DNA from: Eutreptiella sp. 'Long Island Sound 2002'
Lineage: Eukaryota; Protista; Euglenida
Assembly: GCA_964036045.1 (NCBI GenBank)
Contig: OZ038379.1
Span: 23,436,001-23,500,000 of the forward strand
Length of the DNA: 64,000 nucleotides
Direction: 5' to 3'
In this document: positions 51,706 through 64,000 of the stretch, piece after piece
Layout of the letters: each line of letters starts with the position of its first letter
How positions within the stretch are numbered: the first letter of the stretch is position 1
The notes under the pieces: generated by a model
Database searches by the model: none
What the model was told of the DNA's origin: nothing
What the model saw: only the letters and a program-made list of their open reading frames with translations
Program-made: the position numbers and the translations under genes

Positions 51706-53759
51706 TAGGAGGCCTTAATTGCCCGGGGGGGTGGGGGGGGGGGGTCTGCGAAATGAAGGACATTCATGGGGTGAAAAAAATGGCGAATTACTACCCCCTA
51801 ATTGCACACAACGCACAACGTATGAAATTTTTTGCTGAAATCATACCCCATATTGTCCAATTAGACCATTTTGCCTGCAATTGAGGACACTGCAAATCAT
51901 GCAAAACAGGCATTCAAATCCAAAGAAATGGCACTCAAGGACAAATTGCATTGTCCACTGCCAAGGCATTCTTCCCACTTCCCGGATCTCTACCAGCCCA
52001 ATTGCAGTCTCTCACAAGGACACCAATCCTAAATGCAGCAGGACAATACTCCTTCAACAACACCTTCAACCCCAAAAGTAGCTCCTTGCTTTTAGACTGC
52101 ATGTTGTTCAATGGTCCATTCTGCGCCGCAACGGCGAATGCATCAAGTTTGGCCTGAACTCTTGGTAGAAAAGTGCCAGCATTAAGACAAAGCGCCAGTA
52201 TTGTCTTCTCCATATGAAGCAGCTTAACCTTTGTTGGTACCGCATCCCCTTCCTTGAAATCGGTGTGTACTCTCTCAATCAGACAGATAATGGGCATAAA
52301 GTTGCGGTAAAGCATGGTGATCATATGCTTGTACGGGTGCCAAACTCTGTAGATGAGGGGGAGGCTTGACCAGTGCAATTGGAAGTTCCAGGATGTGTAA
52401 CTCTGCCCATACAGGTATTTCAAGAGCTCATAGTGAATCTTCATATCCACACACAGTGGTAAATCATGACGAGTTGCCTGCCGCACATGCCGGATTGTAT
52501 TTAGCAGTTTCAAGTGGTCCAGTTTGGTTCCACACCGTAGTTGAGACAGCATCATTGGTTGCCAACGGAGAGATCGCACATTCTGCCGCACAATGTCCAG
52601 GGGGACTCTGACAAAAGTACGCTGAATCATGTCAGGAAGAGCATAAACCCGCCGAAACAGATCCGCATGACGAAGTTGTAAAGCATCAACACGCGCCCAA
52701 TTGTCCGAACGGCATCCAGTAGTGAGACATGACCCGGAAATGGTGGTAGGGCCGGCAAATGTAATACGGCCACAGCTGTGCAATTTATGGAGTGGTCAGC
52801 ATGCAGCGGGTCCACCCCATAATTTTTTTTCACCCAGTTGTCATACCAGAGCGCCATCTGGTGGTTCTGCATGCTTTGCCAAAGCCAAGTTGCTTGTTCT
52901 CGTGCATTGGCAGTAAGTGAGGGCATAGCTGCATGCACAAGTCCTGTGGGAGCCAACAATCGGCGGGTCCTCCGGCTCAATGAAATAGGCATTGGTACAT
53001 CCTAGGACTGTGCATGAGGGGCTGCCATCTTTCTCAGAAGTCGCCACAAGCATAGCAATTGATTTGAGAAAACAGTGTACCAGCGGGGCTTCTTCCGTAT
53101 TCCATGGGCAAACAGCAACCGTGTAAAGTCCTTCCGTGATCTTTGATTTGTCCGCATTGCTAGGGCCCAGACGGCCAATAACCTTGCAGAGCCCCCATTG
53201 GCAACATCCGTCATGAGGTCATCAATGTTCTAAAACTCACGACTTGCCACAACCACCCTTAGGAGTGCCGAATCCATGTCCTGTGGTCACCTCAAAGCAA
53301 ATACTCACATATTTGCCTCAGAACAAGGAACATACTGCATGTCAAGATTGTCGGAATGTTCATAAAATTCATCAAAGGCACAAATTTCGGGGCAAATGAA
53401 ATCAAATTAGCACACAAATATACAAATACACAATAAGGGTATCAAAACGTACAAAAATGAAAGAGTGGCGAAATTTCGCGTCTCATGAGAGAAAAAATGC
53501 ATGAAAAAGGGGTATGATATCGGCCAATTTCAAAGGAGTGGCGAAATTTCGCTTCATTTTTGGAATTTGGCTAATTCAGGGGTTGAAATTGACTATTTAG
53601 AATTGAAACATTCGTATGGTTCAAAAAATAGCTTTTAAAACATCAACTGAAACAGTGACCTCAACCCCCCTGCATTTCATACCCTAAAAAAACACCCCAG
53701 TTCGGGGTAACAAATTCGACTTCTTGAGGGTCACCAGGGCGGGCAATTAAGGCCTCCTA
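51706..53759 (-). mobile_element. Academ-like DNA transposon (deleted, frameshifted)
   Basis: Perfect TIR TAGGAGGCCTTAATTGCCCG (TAG...CTA ends); transposase remnants LWYDNW...SINCTAV, LCVDMKIHYELLK, YRVWHPYKH. Confidence 0.65.
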
Positions 53760-53769
53760 AGCATCAAGG

Positions 53770-56100
53770 TTATCCAGCAATTCTGACCATAGGTAGGGGT
53801 TCGAAACCGGACTGCTTTTCCCCACCAAATTACAAATTCACCATGTCCTCGCTCGGTGGTACAATGTTGTTCCACTGTTTCCACACAGGAGTCCAGAGGG
53901 CACTGTGTTTCCTTTGGTTTCCAATTTTTTTGTTGTTCCCCCCGTGGGAGCTTCCGCCACAAGGCAGAGAAAACAAAATCATGTAGAGAACGAGGCAATT
54001 TGGCGTTCCGTAGTGCTTTTTCAACCGTTTTAGGTTCTCCAAGTGTCCTGGATGTGGACAAAAATGGGGAAGTTTCTTGTTTAAACCAATCACAACAAAA
54101 GGAAAACGCAGGTGTCCTCAAATTTGCTAGTGCAATGGCCTCTTGTCTTGTTTGCATTGTGAGTGGTGGTGTATCTAGTCAGTGAGCCCACAAGAGTTTT
54201 TGATACAGCCAAGTTGGCACAAATGTACTAAACAAATTATCATCTTCTGGCAGTTGTCCTGCTGTATTGATCGCCTTTGGATGGGATCCACGCAGAAATA
54301 TGTGTGGGACAGTGAGCTTTGAAAAGAGACATTGTGCCATAGTGGTGTGTCGTAACTCAGCATTGAACCCCAAAAAATGGTGGTAGTCACTGAAATGCTC
54401 GGGAAAAGGCTCTGGCACTCCGGGCAATCTATGCCATGGTTTTCCATGCCACATTGCTTCCCATTTGGATGGTGGGACGATGCATCAAGTTGAGGGATAC
54501 ACCATGCTTGAATGCAAATTATTCTCTTGAACTCATGGCCCACTATGGCCCAATGGGTGGAATGTGGGTGGTTCCCATAGGAACCGAACAAACATAGTGG
54601 AGTGCTACCAAACCAGGACTGTTTTTGGTTGCGATCATAAATACCCTCCCAGATGCAGGGGCAATGCACGGATATCATGTGTGACATCCCACCATGTGAT
54701 TTGTAAAACAACATTATAGATAGTGCTTAGCATGTTGACAACCTATTTTGTTAGAAAAAACAACCCAGCTAGAAACACACTAAGAGGAAGAATCCGGCGT
54801 TTGAGAAACATCATATGTTCATAGAGGCTAGGTGACTATGCTTGTATGGAAAAGGCCCTTCTCCTGCTTGGCAGCGATGGCACCTAAGACGCCTAAGACA
54901 TCTCCATAGCAATGTGCTAAAAAAGGACTCTGAAGTATTTGTAGCGCTCCTATATGGGTAGTCCCGTGGAGGTCAGTTGTCTCACTAGGTACTCTCACCA
55001 GGTGCCCTTTAAGAGAAATGCCGACTTTCCTTGCTTCACATGGAGCCCTTTGAAATTTGTAGATTCCCTCGGCACATCAACACACCAATGTAGGAGAATA
55101 GTTGCACACGCTTGTGGTTCTTTGATGATGATGAGATCATCTGCATATAGCAGAACAATAATTGAGGGTGAGATTTGCGATACCCTAATGGTGAGTGGGG
55201 AGATCATAACAGCAAAACGGCATGGTGAAAAGGCATCCTTGTCTCACGCATGATTCTGTGCTAAAGCCATAGGCCTAGCGAACCTGATTGTGTACGAGCA
55301 AAACAACACAGGCCATAAAAAGATTCATAATGAGTTTGATCAACTCTTTCGGAAGGCACATCATGTTGATAAAACTTTTAGCAAATGAGTGTGCGATAGA
55401 AGCAAATGCCTTCCAAAAGACCATGGTCAAAAAAATCCTTCCGGCATTGCTTTCCATTCCCCAGAGCAATGCCATAGGTAATGGAAAATGGTGACCTTTG
55501 ATGAACCCCTTTTGAAGGGGGGGACGAGGGGTTAGTGGTACCACAAAATCTTGGGAGTTGCAGTGCAACCACTAGTGCCATCCATTTGTGACACGTGTTT
55601 TAGAGAACCAAAGGTTTGCAATCATCCACCGCCACCACTCCCTTGCCTTTCAGAATTGGATTCAGCAGGGTTGTGGCCCATTCTACGTTCACGGGAGCAT
55701 TGTGAAGTGTAGTGTGCATGATGTCATGCAGTTGAGGTGCAAAGCGGAATTGGAAAGATGAGCAAACAAATGTTGGGATACCATCTATCTGCAGAAGACT
55801 TACGGAATCAAGTGCTGCATTGACGAGGTCTAGAGTGGGCGGTTTAATCAGTAGTCATGAGAGTATCTTACACTACACCTTGTGAAAAAAGAGGCCCCGC
55901 AGGCTGTTGGATCCCGTCCTTTAGAGGAGATAGTATCTAGCCTGAACCGGAGGATGTCCGCACAAATATCACGGACTCAAGTAAAATGATGCCTTGTTTG
56001 TTATGAAGGGTTTTTGGTTTCCGAATGTCCTTCCTTTTTTGGCGTAGATTGTCAGTGTAGGGATCCTCTAGCACTAACTTCAGCTTATCTGGAATTATTT
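53770..56100 (-). pseudogene. Decayed L1/Tx1-type LINE (RT and zf-RVT)
   Basis: LQKGFIKG, FWKAFASIAH, VLLYADDLII (~55140), ALWRKLP...CPLDSCVETVEQH. Confidence 0.85.
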
Positions 56101-57399
56101 GTGCAATCCGATTCCTCTTGTGCTGCTAGCAACACCAACATTGAGCAGCCTACCCTGAGGTTCATGGTATGGTAGCATTGTTCGTGAGGTACACTCGGGC
56201 CTTGGGCTACAACAGACACTCTTCCCCCTTCCCATAAACCACTGGCAACCACATGCTGTTTTAAAAAATAGGATTTGCGGAGCTAGCTTCAAAATGCTGC
56301 AGAGAGGGTCTCATACCCGTTCAAATCAAGGAACCTAGCAGCACAAACCTTGCAGCTCTGTGCATGTGCAGTGTGGAATGTGTACATGAGGGACTAGTGA
56401 TTGCCACCGTTTTTGTGGAGGCGGTTGCCGGAATGTGGTGCTAGCACCGCTTTGTCCCACTGTGCGGGGGAGACCAACCTTGGAAAGAGCACTTGTTGCG
56501 TGTGACAAGGTGAGGTGCCAATCTTGGGTGAGCGGGAGACCGCCTCGGGTCGCCAACGTGTGGTGGGAGTGCTACCGCCCGTTGAATAGCACGGCCTTTT
56601 GGATGCCGGAGTGCGGTCTTCCCTGTCAATCAGGGGGTGGCGGGTATAACCCAAGAGGGGGAGGGTGTTCTGCTTGCGCCCTGCTGCTTGGGCCTAGTGT
56701 AGCAAGGACCTTGCCCCCGTGTTCCTCTAGGAACCATAGGGGGGCTTCATCCAAGTCTGACTCTGATTCATGCTCCTCATTGTCCTAGGCATGTCAACTG
56801 GTGGTCGAATATCCCCTTAGGAGTTGCGATTTTCAGCACCCCATATCAGCCAACGTGTCCGCCTTGGTGTTTCCCGGGACACCCACGTGGGAAAGCACGT
56901 GCATCCATGTCGCACTGGGTCCCGCCGCCGCAATTTCTTGGAGCAGTTTCTCCCACAAGTCCATATGTCCTACTAACCTTGGTGGGCAATCCTGTGCCTT
57001 TTCCATTTGTTGGCCTTTTCTGTAGCCCCCATGATGAGCAACTACGAGTCACAGCTGATGAGTGAGCGTCGCCATCGGTCGCTGTGGCGTATGTCATGCA
57101 TCGGTGCTAAGAGTTCTCCTTGATTGCTTGTTTGCCTTTCACGTGTGGGTATGTACTAGGCCGTATCCGTATGGTCACCGAAGAAGACCCCGTGCACTCC
57201 CACCATCCCAACTTCAGGTTGGGTCTCCAAAGAACCAGCAGGGAAGATTACTCCCCATCCCTCGTGGGAGTGTTCATCAATGACTATCTGGTGGGTGGAT
57301 GCCATGGCTGCCCCATACATGTCTTTCCTCCTCTTCTTAGGGCGGGGTTTGTGCGGTCGCGGGGGGGAGCGTGCCACCAACTGGTTGAGCCGTCGGTTG

Positions 57400-58620
57400 C
57401 GGTGTTGTTCATGGCCGTGATGGCATGTGCCGAATTTCCTGCTTCGGTAGCTTGGGATGTTCAAACCAGGATACAGAGCCACCGGGACAAAAAGATATTC
57501 CAGGTGGGAGGGGTGTCCTTGAGCCCGACTGCATTGCGAAGATTCCAAGAAGCCATGATTGCAGTCCATTGGGGGGGTTTGCAGGGAGAGGAGGTATGTC
57601 CCAAAGCAGATCTTGCGGGTCTGACTCTGTTGCGTCGTCTAGCATAGCTGGGCCCATACTGTGGCTCACTATTTGAAAAGCTAGAGGGAGGAGGCATTTG
57701 GTGAGGGTATGATGCACATCCTCCAGCTTGCCTTCAATGGGACAGTGGGTGCCATGCAGCATCCAATTGGCCAGCCTGGCCCCCAAGGGGAGCTTTTTCC
57801 ACAGGGCTGTATGTATGAAAGTGTGGTCCCTTGGGGGACAGCAAGCTTCGTCTGCGCATGCCAGACTTCTGGCGTTTGTCGCAGTTCCGGCGGCTGCAGC
57901 TGCATCAAATAGCGCAACACTTTCCTGGTGTTCCACCTTCCCACCTCCCCAAGGAAATCGCAGACGTCTCATTGGGTGGTGACACTCGTCGGGGGGGGGG
58001 GGGCGAATTGAGATGGGCTTTGTGTGGGGGGGTCCATGTTGGTGGGAGGGACTGTGTCAAATGCACATCTAGTTGTGCAAAGCGTGTCATTCCGGCACAG
58101 ATCAATTTTGGGGAGCAGTATGTGTTGTTGTCTGATTCCCTGAATAAGACCGAGTGCCGGCAGCCCAGTCGCTTCACTTGGTCTATGTTTGGGGGTATCA
58201 CAGGCACATGTTTCCGAAGCAGAGAAAAAACTTTCGCTCAGATTGCCCAGGAAAGGGCATGTGTTCAACGGAATGTGGCCCAGCTATAGCCAGGGCAAAT
58301 CACCCAGCTCTGCTTGCTTGGTCCACCCATTAAAATTCTTAGAAGAAATGGGGGACAGTGGGTGTGCGCCTTGCCGGGACATGACAAAATGGGTGGCATG
58401 TTGCAACAGCAAGAAAAGACTCAGCTTGGGGAGAAGCAGTCCTCCGAGTGTGGGGGGAATTGGCGGAATGGGAGGAGTCAGTCTGCAGCGACTGATTCTG
58501 ATGGCCACTATCTACACTTCGGCCCATTTCGTGCATACTTCTCCCATCCTGAAGTATGCTCTGGAAAGCTAAATCAACAGAAGAAACATCCACTCATGCA
58601 GCAAATGCACTCAATCTGGT
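57400..58620 (-). pseudogene. Further LINE 3' remnant (post-RT and zf-RVT)
   Basis: ALWKKLPLGARL...CPIEGKLEDVHHTLTKC; ELGDLPWL. Confidence 0.7.
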
Positions 58621-60876
58621 AGCGTGAGGGGAAGGCTCGGAACGCACGGGGGAGGGGGGGGGAAGATAAAAACGGTGGGGTTGCGTTGGACGTGCCGCTT
58701 CACGGTGAACGAATATGCAATGCAGCTTGTCAGGAAATGTGTAGGCCCATAGCTTTCGACATTTCACCCAACTATCATGAAGACGGCAGTGACGCCACCC
58801 AAATAACCTCACACACCCTAAAGGGGGCAACCAGAATGCTCCATGTGTGCATGGTGGCACGCAGGGAGGTGGCCTAGCATTAGGACGAAGGCTGGGGCAG
58901 GGTACAAGCCGTGCATGCAACAGGGACAGAAATCAGTCTTCATTGTGGCACGTTGGGTTCTCAGGCTAATATACAACTGCAGGAAGACAGAAGTGGGGCC
59001 ATGGCAGTCCTTCGCGTCACCAGACACGAGGGTACGACCTCTATGTCATCCATGACCATAAACGAACCGCAATGCACAGGTCCCGTGCTGCAAATCGCAC
59101 ATTGTGCAGCACGAAGACACAAACGCGTTCTGCATGAAAGCAGGCCATTCTATTGTACAGAGCTGTGGGTAACACTAGCGTTCTGTTGATACTCACAGAA
59201 CTCACATACCTCACAGAACAGACCCCCAGTGGCTTGCGCACCATCACCCGCACATTTGGGGCTGACTGTCGTGATTATATGCAACGACTGCCTGCGGCTG
59301 CATGAGACAGCCACACAGACAATTTTCACACATATCCTCATCCCAAGTGTTTGGCAGCAGGCAACAAATCGGCCGTGGAGGCGTACTTTGAGGGGGCATG
59401 GGGTCCAAAGGTGAGACAAGGCGGGGGTGCCAAAGCCGTCCCCCATTGTCCTTCATGCTGCTAAACCAATCCGCTATGCCGGAAAGGAAAAGACTGGTGC
59501 GAGTTTTAGAACACCAGCACCGATGTCAAGGGCCAAATGATCCGAACCCCAACAGTCGACAATGCCGTTGACGGTCCGGACCAATGTGGGACAGCCCAGA
59601 GAGCACTGCAGCGAATACTTGGACACATGGATTGCAGAGCGGTCGGCTAAATCGCGGGACTGGGGGCATAAAAGCCGTCAAAAACTCTACAAATTGAAAC
59701 AGGAAAAGGATACCATTGCCAAAAAAGAGTCCACAGGAATCCCACTTTCCACGGTCTATATCCCAGCGTGGGGGAGGGGGCAGGGGCGAGTAGGGTTGCT
59801 TCAGGGGGGTGGGGGGTGGGGGAACCTGAGGCCAGTGCACACGACTGCTGTAGCGCCAACTCTCAGAAGAATGGAGAAAGCAGAGGGAAGCAGGCCATAC
59901 ACTGGGATGGGGGTGGGGCTGGAGGAGGTGTGGAGGAGAAGGGGTGGCGGCGGGTGTGTTGAATGGCTGCAAGCAGTTCCCGGCAGGACGGACATCCGCA
60001 GGAGGGAGGGAGGGGGAGGCAGGTCCACAGACCGTGCAGACCGAAATTGCGTTGGCTCTGGTTCAGACTGGACTACAGCTGAACTGAATGCAATACTTTT
60101 TTACCAAGCGGTAAGGGTGAGACTCTGGAATAGTGTATTGAAAAGGACGATGTTGGGAGCTGAAAGGGTCACCAGACGTCGTCCAAGATGGTACCCATGG
60201 AGCAAGCTGGGCCACCAGTGCTGCCGTGAGGCTGGATGCAGCAGCACATAGAAGGGGCCTCTCACCGCCAGCTCGTACACGTCTAGGCAACATGATGCTG
60301 TTGGGGATGGATCTGGCCAGTGTACTGTGGCAAGATGCCCTGCCTGCCGGTCGGCTGCTGAACACCAGCTGTAGAAGGAGAACAGATGTCACAGACAGAG
60401 GAAATCAACCAACAACCGTCATGCACTTGTCATGCACTCCATGACTCCAACACCTGCTCCCCGTGACTTTCATTGCTTTCAGATCTGAGAGGACCTGATT
60501 GTTCATCAAGCTGTGTTTCGCTGGTTGCTTGTTCGATTGAATTGATTGAACAGGGGATAGTGACTAGTACCTCCTTCAACCCTCCTCTCTCATGTTTCAG
60601 TTGGTGGATGTGGCGGCCCAAAAGCCACATGATGTAAGGTGCGTTTGCTGGACGCAGTTGGCTGGCCCTGATCAGCCTTGGCCTCCATGATTTGATTTGT
60701 CATGGGGTACTGGGTGTGGTGGATTGCTATGTGACCATTCTTGCAACATGGACGGGTGCTGTCCTTGGGTTGAAAACCGCTGTGCAGTTCGGAAAGGTTA
60801 GATAAAAGTAGGTTAGACACAAACATACAAAAGAGGGGAAGATGGGTGTATAGAATTCAGAAAAGGGTGCGCACTT

Positions 60877-61455
60877 GTGCACTGGCATGAAATAGACGAA
60901 TCCTCATCTACACTGCCGTCAGCGCCAACATACACATTGTTTTACCGGCACTTTCATCAAGCCTTGTGTCGCCTTGGGAGCAATCTTGGTCAGAACATGA
61001 TTCTTGGTACTACCGGTGTGTTAACATGCCTGCGTCCCATAACGCGTCAATGGCTGTGTGCAGGTTATGTAGCTCGGTCATTGGCAAACTTGGCCGTCAA
61101 ATACTCTAGGGGATTCCCTGTGCTGCTCGCTACTGTTAAGCCATATTGCGCTAGAAAGTCTCCAAATCGAACCCCTTCCAACCATGCCCCCGAACCCAGC
61201 CTCAAGCAACCAAATTGGGACCAGTTGTTCCATCATACCTTCCCTAAGGACAACATAAAATTCTGTTTATTTTGCATTTTGTGTATCACTGGTGCTATTT
61301 TGCTCATGACACAAATGTATGCAAACATTTTAAAGAGTGGGTTACCGGTTAGAGGGTACGTTTTCCCGGCGTGCGCCCGGCGAGCCCGGCATCCAAATGA
61401 ATGTTCCGGCCAACTATTCCAATGCTTTTCCCCCAAACATCACTCCCTCCTCTAG
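60877..61455 (+). pseudogene. Decayed LINE post-YADD fragment
   Basis: RLGSNLG...LAVKYSRGFPV pattern; weak. Confidence 0.3.
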
Positions 61456-64000
61456 CCCAGGAACCCGAAGCACAAGCACGTTGTATGATTGTTGGCGCAA
61501 TTCCAATTTTTTCGGCCAACAAAGGGGACGATCACATGCACGCTACCCTGATGTTTAAGCCCAATGAGCCCAGGGCTCTTGATAATTGGTGAGGGCAGTG
61601 CAAAAAAAAAAAACAATGTTGCAGTTAGTCTTGGTTCCCCCCAAAGGTGAGTGACGTTTCCTTGGGGAGTTTGGGGAAGAGTGGGAATCCAAAGGGGACA
61701 CACTTTGCCCCCTGTGTCCTCTGGACCTCAAATGTTCCCCAACAAGCCCTGCAAACCACTGGCAATGGTTCTACCCTTGACCTGGGAAAGTCCAAGGACT
61801 AGTGCAGGCTGTGGGTGAAATGACTCGGGCGGACGGTTTGGACAACCGGCTCAATATGGCGGTAGGGCTGTAGGGTTCTCAGGCAGTGCTGGGGCAAAAA
61901 CGAGAGCGGTGGGCATCATACCTTTATTCCACACCTGCACACTGGATTCAGGCACCACCAGAGTTTGGCCATCTTCCAGGTCCAGGACGAATTCGGCCTC
62001 ACCTTTGCCAGGGCGATGGTCGAGGATGGGGAGTCGCCGGCCTGCCCACTCCAGGCCACCCTTCTCTGCCTCGGGGGTAGGCACTTGGATTTCAGCGGTC
62101 CATCCTTCAAACATAGACATTTTCAACAAATGCGTGTGTACCAGTCTACACAATGAAAAGCATCAGAAGTGGTCCAGAGCATCAAGTGTGAACACGAGTA
62201 TTCGGCCTCAACAAGAATAATGTGTGGGCCTGTTGACTGTCGACAACTCAGTGTTTCATGCGATCTGAGATACTCGGACTTGCAGACCCATGTGTGTTGA
62301 CCCATGGATGTAATCTCTGTCCAGCCCAGGTGGAGATAGAGGCAGAATACCTGGGCAATTGCCAGGCACCAGCTAACCGTCATCAGTCCCTCCTGGCTCA
62401 TGGGAGGTTAACTGCAAAAGCCCCCGCCCACACTTTGCTTCTGCACTTTTTCACCCATTTTTCCATGGTGACTGCTCATTTTTGTGTCTTGGGAATGCAA
62501 ATCAGTTTGTACAAAATGACCTCAGAATGCAGTTGGAAACACTCCAAGTGGTCCCAGTGGCTCTGGATGGCGATCTGTCAGATTCTCAGTTTCATTCTGC
62601 AGCGAGCTTTATGACAGGTAGGGAGTATGTTGAAACACGGTGGTGCCGTAAAAAGACACACACAACTGGCGCTCAGGGCAGCACATGTGCACATTCCAAC
62701 AGAGTGGACTGAATGTGGAGGCCAGCAGATGCGGACGCCTCTTCAATTGCATGGTTGAGTATGGTTGGTATTGTACCAAATGGTCCCAAAGCATCCAAAT
62801 GTGCACATACGGAAATGGTTTGCACGCCTATCGCCCAGCAGACATTCAGCAGCAGGCAGTGCATACATTGCTGTGTGGCACATGCCATACAGTACATATA
62901 GCAGACCAGGTAGCACAGCCCAAACGGCAAATACTAGGCACTCTGGCAGCACACAAGCATGTTCATGTGGCTGAAATGTCATAGACATGACACCTGGCCA
63001 GGAGCTTGTGAGTGCAAATCTCAAACGTGGCATACATAATGGGAATGTCCCTACACTGCCTACACATTTTGTAAAATACACCAGATAGGAAACCCTTGAA
63101 AACTACCCATGACCTCTTTCATGCAATGTAGTAACACAAACAAGAAGAAAATCTCTTCAAGGTGATTCTACAGAGCCATGAGATTGTCCACCCTTCTCCG
63201 CCCAGTTGTACATCCTGAGGCTAATACCCGAGCGTTGTATTCAACCCACCGATCAGTCTTGTCATGCATGAACAAACTACCCGCCCATGGCCATTGCATC
63301 ATGAATGCACTACTCGTCACATGATTCCCCATCTTCATTCCACACAAATTCTTATCACACGGATGCCGTCAAGAGAATTAAAATAACTTTCCACACAAGA
63401 ATCCCTGGTACCTTGCGGAAAAATTTGCAAATTGGGGTTTGGGTAGTTGTGGAGGTAGAAAACCTTGTTGTGCGTGCGCGCTGTGTGAACAGCATTCCCA
63501 ATATGTCCTAGGCGGTAGGGTGTCCTCGGTGAGCCTAAGAGAGAACACGTTTATTAAGTTGTGAGTGTTCATACAGGACTTCGGTGTCCATTTAGGAATT
63601 TATCCCTGCACTTTCAAGGCAAACACAACTAGGGTCTACGATTTTTCATGGGGGGTGGGCCTTTCAAAATCATGTTGGTGGTGCACCTAATGCTGCAACC
63701 CCGCAGGGTAGCCATGTACCACTGATTGACAAAAAGGAATAGAGGCAATGAGCTAGGGGATAAAACCTATAGACCGAAAATTTTCAAACTAGGCATAAAA
63801 AGACGAGCACAAAAGGAAAATGAAATGAAGCCGTTTTTGAGAACGCACTGGGAAGTATTCCCACTCCATTGAGACCAAATTCCAATTCCTGACACAAGTA
63901 GTGAGCAAGGCCAAAGCTACGCTCTATGGGACTATGAGCCCACCTTGTGGTTTGATGTTTGTTGTGAAGGTGTGCCAAGCACTATCTTTTGCTCTGGTAC

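Overview
Eukaryotic, repeat-rich DNA with very many G/C homopolymer runs. It is probably from a large-genome protist or alga; a euglenozoan is possible but not provable from this window. No prokaryotic operons, rRNA or CRISPR arrays are present. The left 40 kb holds one minus-strand host gene: a SOS1/SLC9C-type (CPA1) Na+/H+ exchanger, which I reconstructed by hand into about 16 phase-consistent GT-AG exons (~1,285 aa). Its architecture is unusual: a ~220-aa Ser/Pro-rich loop inside the transporter domain, a DEP domain in the cytosolic helical region, no voltage sensor, and a degenerate cyclic-nucleotide-binding domain. The introns contain (i) a near-intact 7.2-kb APE-RT LINE bounded by (CA)n tracts and carrying a novel-looking Cys/His C-terminal repeat, (ii) two giant pure (CA)n tracts, (iii) a 3-kb inverted-repeat element with Tudor-like and chromo-like modules, (iv) TIR elements with 6- and 7-bp TSDs, and (v) a fold-back element built from two tRNA-like arms. 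The right 23 kb is decayed transposon DNA: LINE RT, RNase H and zf-RVT remnants, an Academ-like element, a hAT MITE, and a SINE-like insert with a 13-bp TSD. All protein-family calls are by eye from motifs; no database searches were run.
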